The notes beneath the pieces are model-generated. The model saw only the letters and a program-made list of their open reading frames with translations, ran no database searches and had not been told where the DNA came from. Below are positions 27,618 through 36,177 of a DNA stretch of 64,000 nucleotides, in pieces; position 1 is the stretch's first letter, and every line of letters begins with the position of its first letter. The position numbers were made by a program, and so were the translations under genes. Source of the DNA: Candidatus Komeilibacteria bacterium (GTDB lineage Bacteria; Patescibacteriota; Patescibacteriia; UBA1558); contig JBLYPW010000001.1 of the NCBI GenBank assembly GCA_048538275.1, positions 38,244 through 102,243 of the forward strand, in the 5' to 3' direction.

Positions 27618-29310
27618 TTTACATAACATCGTGAACTTATATACTAAAAGACAAAAGCAAAAACAGGACTTTGGTTATTTTGGTTGGCAAAATTATCACC
27701 GGGAGTATTTGTTGGGTTTTTGGAAGGCGCAAAAGCAACAAATTCTTAGAGTCGGGTGGTTAAGTTTGGCGGCTATTGTTATAGAAGTGACAATTTTTTT
27801 TCTGGCCCGGGTGGTCATTAGAAATTTATCATTGCAATTGAGCATTATAAGCCTATGGTATGTGGCGGCGTTTTTGGTAGTGGCGGTGATAATTTATTTA
27901 TTACTTAGTTATTTCAGTATTTTTTATCAAAAGAGACTTTTGGTTGATTTATTAAATGATTTAAGAAAGTTATGGTTTAAGATTGTTTTACGACGACCAA
28001 TATTGGCGTCGGATAGAGAGGAAAAAGATAATGCGATTGCCAAAGTATCTTATCATTTTTCTTTGCTAAGCATGGGTTTTAATAGTGCCTTAGTGGGAAC
28101 GTGGCAAGCTATTTTAATTGTCATGGTGTTGTTATTATTATCCGCTTTTGTTAGCTGGACAATGTTTATATGGAGTATAATAATTATTATTTTTGCTGTA
28201 ATTTTTGCTATCGTCGCTTATAAAATAGCTTTTATTTATGTGAGTAGAGAGCAGACATTTTATACTCAGATTATCAAACATATGTTGAAAGTTTTTTATG
28301 ACTTGGAAAATCATCAGCTACATAACCGCGAGGCAATGGCTTTGCAGAGGTTGAATAAGTTGGTAGAGCTTGATAGTTGGTTTCGGGTGCGTAGAGATAT
28401 TTGGATGAAATTTGGCGCTGATATATTATTTGTTTTGATATTGTTGGGCGGGGCAATTTTGTATATTGTTCAGCTTTATTGGCCACATATTTTTAGGCAG
28501 GAAGCGGCCAGTTTATTTTTATATGGTGTTATAGCAACGTATAGCGTGCGTTTATTTTATCTGAGTTTGCGGGCTGGTCTTTTTTATGTGCCATTGCGTT
28601 TGGGTTTGTGGTTGTCAATACCAGAAAAAAAGCCGGCAAAAATAAGAATTGTAGAAGAAATAAAAAAAATATGTTTTCGTTCGGATAAGTTTAGGTTATT
28701 TGATGAGGATAAATATTTTTGCAATCAGTTTTGTTTTCAACAAGGTCAAAGCTATTTAATCGTTGATAAAAATAGAGACCGTTTGGATGCCTTGGCACGG
28801 ATTTTTGCTGGCATGGCCTTGTCTAGGGCCAAGCCATGGATTTTGTCGGTTAATGGGCAACGTTATTTATATAAGGATTATTTTAAATATCACACACCAA
28901 ATTATTTGATTTCCGCGAACTGGCGATTTCAGGGCACGGTGGGAGATTTTTTATTACCTCAGGCAGAAGATAGTATTTCGCCTAGTGCAGTGACAAAGAT
29001 ATATGAACAATTGGCGCCATATAATGCGTGGCATTTTTTGTTTAAAAAAAACAAGGTCTTGGCTCAAAAAATAGATTTTGTTGCTTCTTCTATTGAGCAA
29101 AGAGCTTTATTACAAATTGCCTACGCCATCATTCACCAAGTGAATTTTGTTATTATTGATAGTAGTTTGGTTGATTTGCAAGGCAAGCAATTTGTAGCGG
29201 CGATACGATTGTTGCGACAGAAAGTAGCCAAATGTATTATTATAATATTATCAACGGCTGATAACGCCATTTTAGATTATGAAGAAAAGTTCTCACTTAA
29301 AGAAAAATAG
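27610..29310 (+). CDS. ABC exporter-like half-transporter (TMD+NBD) with a catalytically degenerate NBD
   Basis: Six N-terminal TM helices, then an NBD-like region that is colinear with ABC domains. Walker A is replaced (LIVDKNRDRLDAL instead of GxSGSGKST). The signature is degenerate (ASSIEQRALLQIAYAI vs LSGGQRQR). Walker B/catalytic Glu is lost (VIIDSSL vs LLDEATS). The start overlaps the RT stop by 8 nt. Confidence 0.55.
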   Translation: MNNLHNIVNLYTKRQKQKQDFGYFGWQNYHREYLLGFWKAQKQQILRVGWLSLAAIVIEVTIFFLARVVIRNLSLQLSIISLWYVAAFLVVAVIIYLLLSYFSIFYQKRLLVDLLNDLRKLWFKIVLRRPILASDREEKDNAIAKVSYHFSLLSMGFNSALVGTWQAILIVMVLLLLSAFVSWTMFIWSIIIIIFAVIFAIVAYKIAFIYVSREQTFYTQIIKHMLKVFYDLENHQLHNREAMALQRLNKLVELDSWFRVRRDIWMKFGADILFVLILLGGAILYIVQLYWPHIFRQEAASLFLYGVIATYSVRLFYLSLRAGLFYVPLRLGLWLSIPEKKPAKIRIVEEIKKICFRSDKFRLFDEDKYFCNQFCFQQGQSYLIVDKNRDRLDALARIFAGMALSRAKPWILSVNGQRYLYKDYFKYHTPNYLISANWRFQGTVGDFLLPQAEDSISPSAVTKIYEQLAPYNAWHFLFKKNKVLAQKIDFVASSIEQRALLQIAYAIIHQVNFVIIDSSLVDLQGKQFVAAIRLLRQKVAKCIIIILSTADNAILDYEEKFSLKEK

Positions 29311-30775
29311 TTTTTTATTGTCTAGGCAAAAGAAAATTCTGGTAAAGAAATTATTTTTTGTAATTATTATTTTAGCCTGCATTATTTATATTTTACATTT
29401 GGTAGGAAATAGGGCATGGCCTTGGTTAAATGATAAAAATTATAATCCATTGATCACTAAGCGCATTAATGCGCCAATAGATTTCAATATTTTTTTCAAT
29501 GATGTGGTGGGAGACGATGTTTTGTCTAGTAGGATTATAGCTGCTATTGATAGCGCCAGATCATCTATCAAAATAGCTATGTTTGCTCTTACCTCGCCAC
29601 AAATAATCAGCGCCCTGGATAGAGCTGATAAACGCGGCGTGATTATAAAATTAGTCTATGACGAAAGCAATCGCAACCGTTATGCTGTGGCGCTGGGTAA
29701 ATTTTTTGATACTGGCATGGCTAGAGGCGCAGGAGTGGATAATCCTAAGCATAATATTGGTTATTATATGCATCATAAGTTCATTATTATTGATGAAGGG
29801 TTTGATGATGAACAATTGATTACGGGCAGTTTGAATTGGACTGATTGGCAACAACAGTATGATCCTAGTTATTTTATTATTACCAGGCGGCCAGAGATTA
29901 TCAATATTTACAATCAAGAGTTTATGCGTCTTTGGCGTGGGCAATCGGGTGTGGCCAAATTGCGAGATAATGATTATCAGCCATGGATTGGCGAGTTTAA
30001 GTATAATAATGCGACATTGGAATTGTGGTGGGGGCCAGGATTCAAAGAAAATTCTTATCGTCAAAGATTATTGGATCTTATCACTGCCGCCACGCAAAGT
30101 ATTGAAGTAGCAATTTGGCAACTGACCGATCGTGATATCGCGCAAGCACTTTTGGTCCAAGCTACGAAAGGGGTTTCGGTAGCCATCGTGACTGATGATT
30201 ATACTTTATGGTCACGAGATAGTGCATTTCCTTATTTGATTAAGCAAAAGGAGCAATTAGGCTTAGATAATTTAATAATAGCAAGTGATAGTTGGCGCTC
30301 AGTTGATCTTGATAATATTTATAAAATAGTTGGCAGGGATTTCTTTAATTCTTATTTTCATCGTCATGGTGCGCTGATAGACAATAAAATTTTAGCGCTT
30401 GGAACAGCTAATTGGTCATATAGAGGGTTCTGGAGTAATGATGAGTCTGGTTTGGTGACGGATGATTTTGATATGATTCAGGCTTGGCAGCAATCGTGGG
30501 ATTATCACTATCATAGTTTACAGGCACAAGAGCTACATTTTTTTAAAAACGAACAAGTTTTAACTTTGGGTGATAAATTTGATCAATTTTATGGAAAAAA
30601 TTTATTAGCAATTTGTGAGCTGAGCGGTGACTCGGTGAAGCCCTTGATCTTGAGTCAGACCATTTTAGCTGATTTAAATCAAAAAATTATGTTGAAGGGA
30701 GATTGTCCAAATGTGGTGCAGGTGTTTATTTATGATGACAATAATAAATTATTGGGTGCTGGTCGAGCCAATTAA
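29279..30775 (+). CDS. membrane-anchored phospholipase D (HKD) superfamily protein, two HKD-like motifs
   Basis: A single N-terminal TM helix. HKD motif 1 is HHKFIIIDEG...GSLNWT. The second motif, HRHGALIDNKILALGTANWS, is degenerate with K replaced by H. The start overlaps the preceding gene by 32 nt. Confidence 0.6.
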   Translation: MKKSSHLKKNSFLLSRQKKILVKKLFFVIIILACIIYILHLVGNRAWPWLNDKNYNPLITKRINAPIDFNIFFNDVVGDDVLSSRIIAAIDSARSSIKIAMFALTSPQIISALDRADKRGVIIKLVYDESNRNRYAVALGKFFDTGMARGAGVDNPKHNIGYYMHHKFIIIDEGFDDEQLITGSLNWTDWQQQYDPSYFIITRRPEIINIYNQEFMRLWRGQSGVAKLRDNDYQPWIGEFKYNNATLELWWGPGFKENSYRQRLLDLITAATQSIEVAIWQLTDRDIAQALLVQATKGVSVAIVTDDYTLWSRDSAFPYLIKQKEQLGLDNLIIASDSWRSVDLDNIYKIVGRDFFNSYFHRHGALIDNKILALGTANWSYRGFWSNDESGLVTDDFDMIQAWQQSWDYHYHSLQAQELHFFKNEQVLTLGDKFDQFYGKNLLAICELSGDSVKPLILSQTILADLNQKIMLKGDCPNVVQVFIYDDNNKLLGAGRAN

Positions 30776-30839
30776 TAATCAAGTTTTTTGCCAAATGTTC
30801 AAAATTGTATATAATGCCCTTGTTTAAGAATAAAATAAT

Positions 30840-31421
30840 ATGAAAAAAGCAAAATTATTATTACATGCCTGTTGCGCGCCGTGTTCCATTTATGTGGTAC
30901 AAAAATTGGCGCAGGATTATAATTTGACTATATATTATTATAATCCCAACATACATCCGGCTGGTGAATATCAAAAACGGTTACAAGAGATTATTCAATG
31001 GTCAAAAAAGGAAGGCATTGCTTTGCAAGAGGCGGATTATCGTCCGCAGGATTGGATTCAGACAATGCAGGGTCATGAATGGGATAAGGAGGGCGGCGAG
31101 CGTTGCGCTATGTGTTATGATTATCGGTTGCGACAGACGGCAGAATTTGCATCTGTTCATAATTTTCCAATATTTTCCACTACCTTAACCATTAGTCCTC
31201 ATAAAAAAGCGTCTGTTATTAATCCGATCGGACAAAAATTGGCCGAAGAATATGGTATAGATTTTTTGGCGGCTGATTGGAAAAAACAAGATGGTTTTAA
31301 AATTGCTTGTCAGCTAAGTCGCGAGGCCGGTTTTTATCGGCAAGATTATTGCGGTTGTATCTATTCTTATCGTGATAGATTATTAAAAGATAAAGCTAAA
31401 TATGAAGCTGCAGGAGTTTGA
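30840..31421 (+). CDS. queH: epoxyqueuosine reductase QueH (DUF208)
   Basis: N-terminal LLLHACCAPCS Cys cluster, a C-terminal CGC motif, and the expected size. Confidence 0.75.
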   Translation: MKKAKLLLHACCAPCSIYVVQKLAQDYNLTIYYYNPNIHPAGEYQKRLQEIIQWSKKEGIALQEADYRPQDWIQTMQGHEWDKEGGERCAMCYDYRLRQTAEFASVHNFPIFSTTLTISPHKKASVINPIGQKLAEEYGIDFLAADWKKQDGFKIACQLSREAGFYRQDYCGCIYSYRDRLLKDKAKYEAAGV

Positions 31422-32430
31422 TTATCATTTACCAGTGGAGCTGATAGCTCAGACGCCGGCGGATAAGCGTGATCATTCACGTTTATTAGTTTATAGTGCT
31501 GGACAGATTGAACATAGAAACTTTTTCAATCTCTCGGATTATTTACAAGCCGGCGACGTTTTAGTATTGAATGATAGCAAAGTATTTCCGGCGCGGCTAC
31601 TGGGTCGGCGGCAAGGTACAGGCGGTAAAGTGGAAATATTTTTATTACAAAACAAGGACCATGGCCAGTGGGAGTGTTTAGTAGGCCATGCCCGTGCTCA
31701 AGTTGGCTTGGTAGTGGATTTTGAATGTGGCTTGCATGCTACTTTACAAGCCAAGTTGGCAGATAGCTGGCTAGTACAATTTAATAAAGAGGCTGAGGAG
31801 TTAATGGAGATTATCAATAAAATTGGTGAAACTCCCTTGCCGCCTTATATTAAGACCATGGACGGTCCGCAGGTGCGCCAGCGCTATCAGACAGTATATG
31901 CTCAGCCAGTCGGCTCAGTAGCCGCGCCGACCGCTGGTTTTCATTTTACGTCAGAATTATTAAATAAATTAAAGAAACAAAACGTACAAATTGAATATGT
32001 AACTTTGCATGTTGGTTTAGGAACTTTTGCGCCGGTAAAAACAGATAGGATTGAAGATCATCAAATGCACTCGGAGTATTATGAAGTAGCTGATGAAACT
32101 TGGCATAGTATACAAAAAGCTAAAAAAGAAAATAGAAGAATTATAGCGGTGGGCACGACCGCTACTAGGGTTTTAGAATCAGTGGCTAGTTCTAATAAAC
32201 TTTCTGGCTGGACAGATATATTTATTTATCCCGGTTATAAATATAAAATAGTGGACTCATTAATAACAAACTTTCATTTACCAAAATCCACCTTATTAAT
32301 GTTAGTATCTGCTTTGTTGGATAATAGGGGGAGTGTTGATGGTATTGTTGAATTAAAAAGAATTTATCAGGAAGCTATAAATAATCATTATAGATTTTAT
32401 AGTTTTGGGGATGCAATGTTGATAATTTGA
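31402..32430 (+). CDS. queA: S-adenosylmethionine:tRNA ribosyltransferase-isomerase
   Basis: MKLQEFDYHLPVELIAQTPA... and the conserved C-terminus ...[11 protein letters not shown]. It overlaps the queH stop by 20 nt. Confidence 0.85.
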   Translation: MKLQEFDYHLPVELIAQTPADKRDHSRLLVYSAGQIEHRNFFNLSDYLQAGDVLVLNDSKVFPARLLGRRQGTGGKVEIFLLQNKDHGQWECLVGHARAQVGLVVDFECGLHATLQAKLADSWLVQFNKEAEELMEIINKIGETPLPPYIKTMDGPQVRQRYQTVYAQPVGSVAAPTAGFHFTSELLNKLKKQNVQIEYVTLHVGLGTFAPVKTDRIEDHQMHSEYYEVADETWHSIQKAKKENRRIIAVGTTATRVLESVASSNKLSGWTDIFIYPGYKYKIVDSLITNFHLPKSTLLMLVSALLDNRGSVDGIVELKRIYQEAINNHYRFYSFGDAMLII

Positions 32431-32455
32431 CTTTTACTCCAAAATATGGTACAAT
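32427..32455 (+). promoter_or_regulatory. sigma70-like promoter for the 642-aa DGR target gene
   Basis: -35 TTGACT (32427-32432), a 17-nt spacer, and -10 TACAAT (32450-32455) preceded by TG (extended -10). It sits 27 nt upstream of the ATG at 32483. Confidence 0.55.
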
Positions 32456-32482
32456 GACATTATTAATAATAACTACAAACAT

Positions 32483-34411
32483 ATGAGCATGGAAAACCCA
32501 GGCTGGCTAAAAAATAAATATAATGATTTACATAGCTCTAAAGAGGTAAAAGCTGCAGTTCGTAGTGAAGAAGCACAAACAGGTGAAAAACTATCTCAAA
32601 ACCCAGAAAAGCAGATTCAAAGCTATTTAGATCGTTTAGAAAAGCTAGTCCTTGATCCAGATAAGAAGCAATCAAGGAAGATGATGGGTAAAGAACAAAG
32701 ACCAAGAGCAGTATCTTTACTACGTGAAATGGTAATGAATGAATATATTCGTCCCAATAAAGAAAAACTAGCAGAAGGAGCAGCCCGTGTAGAAGAAAGA
32801 GCAGCTAGGAATTTAGGAATGGATATTGAATATGGAGAAGAACAATTAGAACAAAGAGGAGAAATAGCTATAGAAGATTTAGAAAAATCACTAGATAATT
32901 GGATTTCTTATCTTTCAGATGCTAATGAACCATATCCAACTTGGTTTAGATATTATGCTTTTAGAAATATATTAAAGCTAGGAGATTATGATAAAGACAA
33001 AAAAGAGTTTACCAAGAGAACTAAAGGTAGTACTAAACTATTCCCCGAAATAGATAGGGGAGCCTTAGCATATATACAGCAAAATATAGAAGCTTCTAAA
33101 GATCCTAAAATACTTGCCAAGCTTCAAGAAGCACAAAAACAAGCAGCTAATGGTGATGTTCCAGAAGATCAGCTTATCACCAAAGAAAAGGTACAAAACT
33201 TTTCTAATCTTTCCTTTGCTAAGCAATATGCAGAAGGAATATCTAAAAATGGTGAAATAACCCCAGAGCTTAGAGCCATAACAGAAGGTAAATGGGTTAA
33301 GTATCAACAAGGTACAGAACCAACAGCTCTTTGGTCATCTCTACAAAACAAAGGCACAGCTTGGTGTACAAAAGGTTTTGCTACAGCCAAAACTCAACTT
33401 GAAGGTGGAGATTTTTATGTATATTACACATTAGATAAAAAAGGCAGTCCTACTATTCCTAGAATAGCTATAAGAATGCAAGGAGAGAATGTAGGAGAAG
33501 CCAGAGGAGTAGAAGACAGTGATCAGAATATGGAAGGTAATATGATAGCTATTGCCGAAGAAAAGCTAAGTACACTTCCAGGAGCTGAAAGCTATAAAGA
33601 AAAAACAGCTGACATGAAAATGCTTACTAGTATATATAACAGACATAAGCAAGGAGAAGAACTTATAAAAGAAGACCTTATCTTTTTATATGAAATAGAT
33701 AAACCTATTCAAGGCTTTGGTTATAAAAAAGATCCGAGAATAGAAGAAATACGAGACAAAAGAGATGTAACCAAAGATGCATCAATTGTATTTGAATGCA
33801 CTCCAGATCAAATAGCTAAAAATATTAATGAAGTAAATGAAAATACAGTAGCATATATAGGGCAATGGAATATACCAGCTTTTCAAGTAATTAAAAACCA
33901 TCCCAATATTATTTACTTTTATGAATCTTTCCCAGATAAAAAGATATTCATGCAAACTCTAGAAACAGATCCTAGTATAGATTCACCTGATACAGCCAAA
34001 CAGTCTCTTAAAGATAAGAACATCTATCTTTCAGATTGGGGAAAGGATATTTTAGAAAAAACAGAGTTTAGTAAAGAAAAACAAGAATATGATTTAGTGA
34101 GATTTACAGTAGAGCAATTAGGATTTCCAAATGGTGCTACTACTGATGAAATATATAATAAAGCTCAAGAGCTCGGACTTGAATTATGTCCAGCTGAAAT
34201 TGGACCTCAATTAAGATTACAAAGTACTAGTAAGGAATGGATGCTTATTGCTATGAAACAGATTATAGACCGTGATGGCGCTCCGAAGCTGTTCGATCTG
34301 AATGATTATGGTGTTCAGCTGGCACTGGTCAGCAACGATGCAGGGTCTGACGACAGGTGGGATTCGGACGGTAGGTTTGTGTTTCATTACCGCCCCAGTA
34401 GCAAAGCGTAG
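32483..34411 (+). CDS. hypothetical 642-aa protein whose C-terminal ~44 aa form a DGR variable region (putative DGR target)
   Basis: ORF with purine-rich composition distinct from its neighbours. The last 132 nt (34261-34392) match a downstream non-coding copy, with mismatches only at positions where that copy has A. Confidence 0.6.
   Translation: MSMENPGWLKNKYNDLHSSKEVKAAVRSEEAQTGEKLSQNPEKQIQSYLDRLEKLVLDPDKKQSRKMMGKEQRPRAVSLLREMVMNEYIRPNKEKLAEGAARVEERAARNLGMDIEYGEEQLEQRGEIAIEDLEKSLDNWISYLSDANEPYPTWFRYYAFRNILKLGDYDKDKKEFTKRTKGSTKLFPEIDRGALAYIQQNIEASKDPKILAKLQEAQKQAANGDVPEDQLITKEKVQNFSNLSFAKQYAEGISKNGEITPELRAITEGKWVKYQQGTEPTALWSSLQNKGTAWCTKGFATAKTQLEGGDFYVYYTLDKKGSPTIPRIAIRMQGENVGEARGVEDSDQNMEGNMIAIAEEKLSTLPGAESYKEKTADMKMLTSIYNRHKQGEELIKEDLIFLYEIDKPIQGFGYKKDPRIEEIRDKRDVTKDASIVFECTPDQIAKNINEVNENTVAYIGQWNIPAFQVIKNHPNIIYFYESFPDKKIFMQTLETDPSIDSPDTAKQSLKDKNIYLSDWGKDILEKTEFSKEKQEYDLVRFTVEQLGFPNGATTDEIYNKAQELGLELCPAEIGPQLRLQSTSKEWMLIAMKQIIDRDGAPKLFDLNDYGVQLALVSNDAGSDDRWDSDGRFVFHYRPSSKA
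34261..34392 (+). repeat. DGR variable repeat (VR) at the 3' end of the 642-aa gene
   Basis: Aligns over 132 nt to 34846-34977. All 18 mismatches are non-A here versus A in the other copy. A GC-rich imperfect hairpin follows (ccccagtagcaaagc / gtagcttgctacgggg). Confidence 0.8.
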
Positions 34412-34496
34412 CTTGCTACGGGGCAAGCAAGTTAGAAACTTAGAAATTTTGCCTGCCTGCCGAAGCTTCGGCGTAGGCAGGATCCTTTGTTTTTTT

Positions 34497-34598
34497 AATT
34501 CTTTGATTTCTTTGATGCTTTGATACTTTGCCTGCCCCGTAGGGAGGAACGACCGTACGGGGACCCTTTGATTTCTTTGACGCTTTGATACTTTGAGT
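34497..34598 (+). repeat. two copies of a ~32-bp unit built from CTTTGAT(T) iterons, each followed by a GC-rich hairpin
   Basis: ctttgatttctttgatgctttgatactttg (34497-34526) and ctttgatttctttgacgctttgatactttg (34566-34595). Adjacent hairpins: cctgcctgccgaagc/gcttcggcgtaggcagg and ccccgtaggg...ccgtacgggg. Confidence 0.5.
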
Positions 34599-34845
34599 CG
34601 CTACATTTTTTTGGTATAATTAATTTAGTTTGGTCTATCAGGTGGTCATGGCTTTCTGAAACCTTTCTAACGAACATAAATCGAGAATGTAAGCGGTTAA
34701 GATTTCTTGCAGAGTGATTTGTGTATCGTTTCCAAAAGAAATTAACTTGGTGTGCATTGCTGGAGGATTTTAGATCCCAAATAAAATACAGTCCATAGTC
34801 TTTTTAATAAATTACTTGGACAGTGATATAGATGGCACTGCACAT

Positions 34846-34977
34846 ATTATAGACCGTAATGGCGATCCGAAACTGTTCAATCTGAATGATAATGGTGATC
34901 AGCTGGAACTGAACAGCAACAATGCAAGGTCTGACAACAGGTGGAATTCGAACAATAGGTTTGTGTTTCATTACCGC
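34846..34977 (+). repeat. DGR template repeat (TR), non-coding
   Basis: A copy of the VR with A at all 18 variable positions (many AAT/AAC codons). No in-frame start codon upstream; a TAG stop lies in frame at 34771-34773. A hairpin ccgtag(ctactatagt)ctacgg follows. Confidence 0.8.
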
Positions 34978-35184
34978 TAGTCATTTCTTTTCCGTAGCTA
35001 CTATAGTCTACGGTTTTTCTTTTCTGGATTTTTTAGACTGTTTTTCCAGCCGCCAAACATTTTGCCAATCTCATTAAATTTTAAGGATATTGTTTCATAT
35101 TGCTTATTAGAAATAATTTTAGCTTCCCAGGATATGTGTATTAAAAATTTAAGAGTATCTAAGATTAAAATGCATTTAGAAATT

Positions 35185-35310
35185 TTATCTGCTTTTTTAG
35201 AAAATAAAGACAGTAATGATGGAATTCTAGAATTAAAAAAAATTTATCAAGAGGCGATTGAACAACAATATAGATTCTATAGCTTTGGTGACGCGATGTT
35301 GATTTTATAG
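35185..35310 (+). pseudogene. duplicated, diverged 3'-terminal fragment of queA (last ~41 codons)
   Basis: Encodes [41 protein letters not shown], matching the queA C-terminus [41 protein letters not shown]. By eye the nucleotide identity is about 78%. There is no upstream queA body. Confidence 0.7.
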
Positions 35311-35428
35311 TAGGAGTTGACACTTTTCATAATATATGGTAGTTTAATATATTAAGAACAACAGTGTTCTTTTATAACCGTAGTCAGTCTTTTGGTAGAC
35401 AGACTGCACAAAAACAAAGGAGTTTGTC

Positions 35429-36097
35429 ATGACAGAAAGAAATGTCACAGACGAGCAATGTTTAAAAATCAGACGACAAACAGACGATCTTGTTCGTCGA
35501 GTTGAGCAAGGAAACCTTCCTTATGATCAAGTAAGAAATTATTTGCAATATTTGATTGAGGGTAAGAGATTAAAGGTTATGAAGTCCTTTTGGATAGAAA
35601 AAGATGGTATCATCCATTTCTCTGTCACTTCAGATGGCACAACTGGTCCTGAACGGATCAAACGCCTTGAAGACAAAGGTTTTTGCATCAGTGATTTTGC
35701 CAAACGGTTATTAAATTCTTCAGAGTTTAAGCCCACCAATGGCATAACTGCTGAAGTTGCTGTTCTCAAAGGTGATCTTTTTTCAGATGGTGACCGCATC
35801 ACTAAAAAGATCAGAGCTTATGCTAAGAAGCAAAAGTTTACCATTCCTAATGCAGAAATCGCTTGTCTTATTCGTGAACAATTCACAGATGAAGATATTA
35901 AGGTAATGGGACTAAGTTGGATTATTGCTATGCACGAACCCATCAAGGATTCTGACGGTGATCCGAGCTTGCTCAGTACGCTTCGTGAAGGCGATGGCCA
36001 TTGGCTGGATGCCTATTGGGATGAGCCTGACGGTAGGTGGAATTATAACTGTGGTTTTGGTTTTGCCTTTGTTCAGTCGCAAGTATCTAGTACTTAG
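35429..36097 (+). CDS. hypothetical protein sharing the C-terminal ~40-aa module of the DGR target
   Basis: The C-terminus DSDGDPSLLSTLREGDGHWLDAYWDEPDGRWNYNCGFGFAF aligns with the VR/TR-encoded DRDGAPKLFDLNDYG...SDDRWDSDGRFVF. The shared pattern is DxDGxP.L..L...G...L......D.RW.....F.F. Confidence 0.45.
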   Translation: MTERNVTDEQCLKIRRQTDDLVRRVEQGNLPYDQVRNYLQYLIEGKRLKVMKSFWIEKDGIIHFSVTSDGTTGPERIKRLEDKGFCISDFAKRLLNSSEFKPTNGITAEVAVLKGDLFSDGDRITKKIRAYAKKQKFTIPNAEIACLIREQFTDEDIKVMGLSWIIAMHEPIKDSDGDPSLLSTLREGDGHWLDAYWDEPDGRWNYNCGFGFAFVQSQVSST

Positions 36098-36177
36098 TGC
36101 TTAGACACTTTGTACTAAAAATAACCCCTTACTTTCAAAGAAAGTGAGGAGTTTTAAAATTGTTAATATATACAAAA

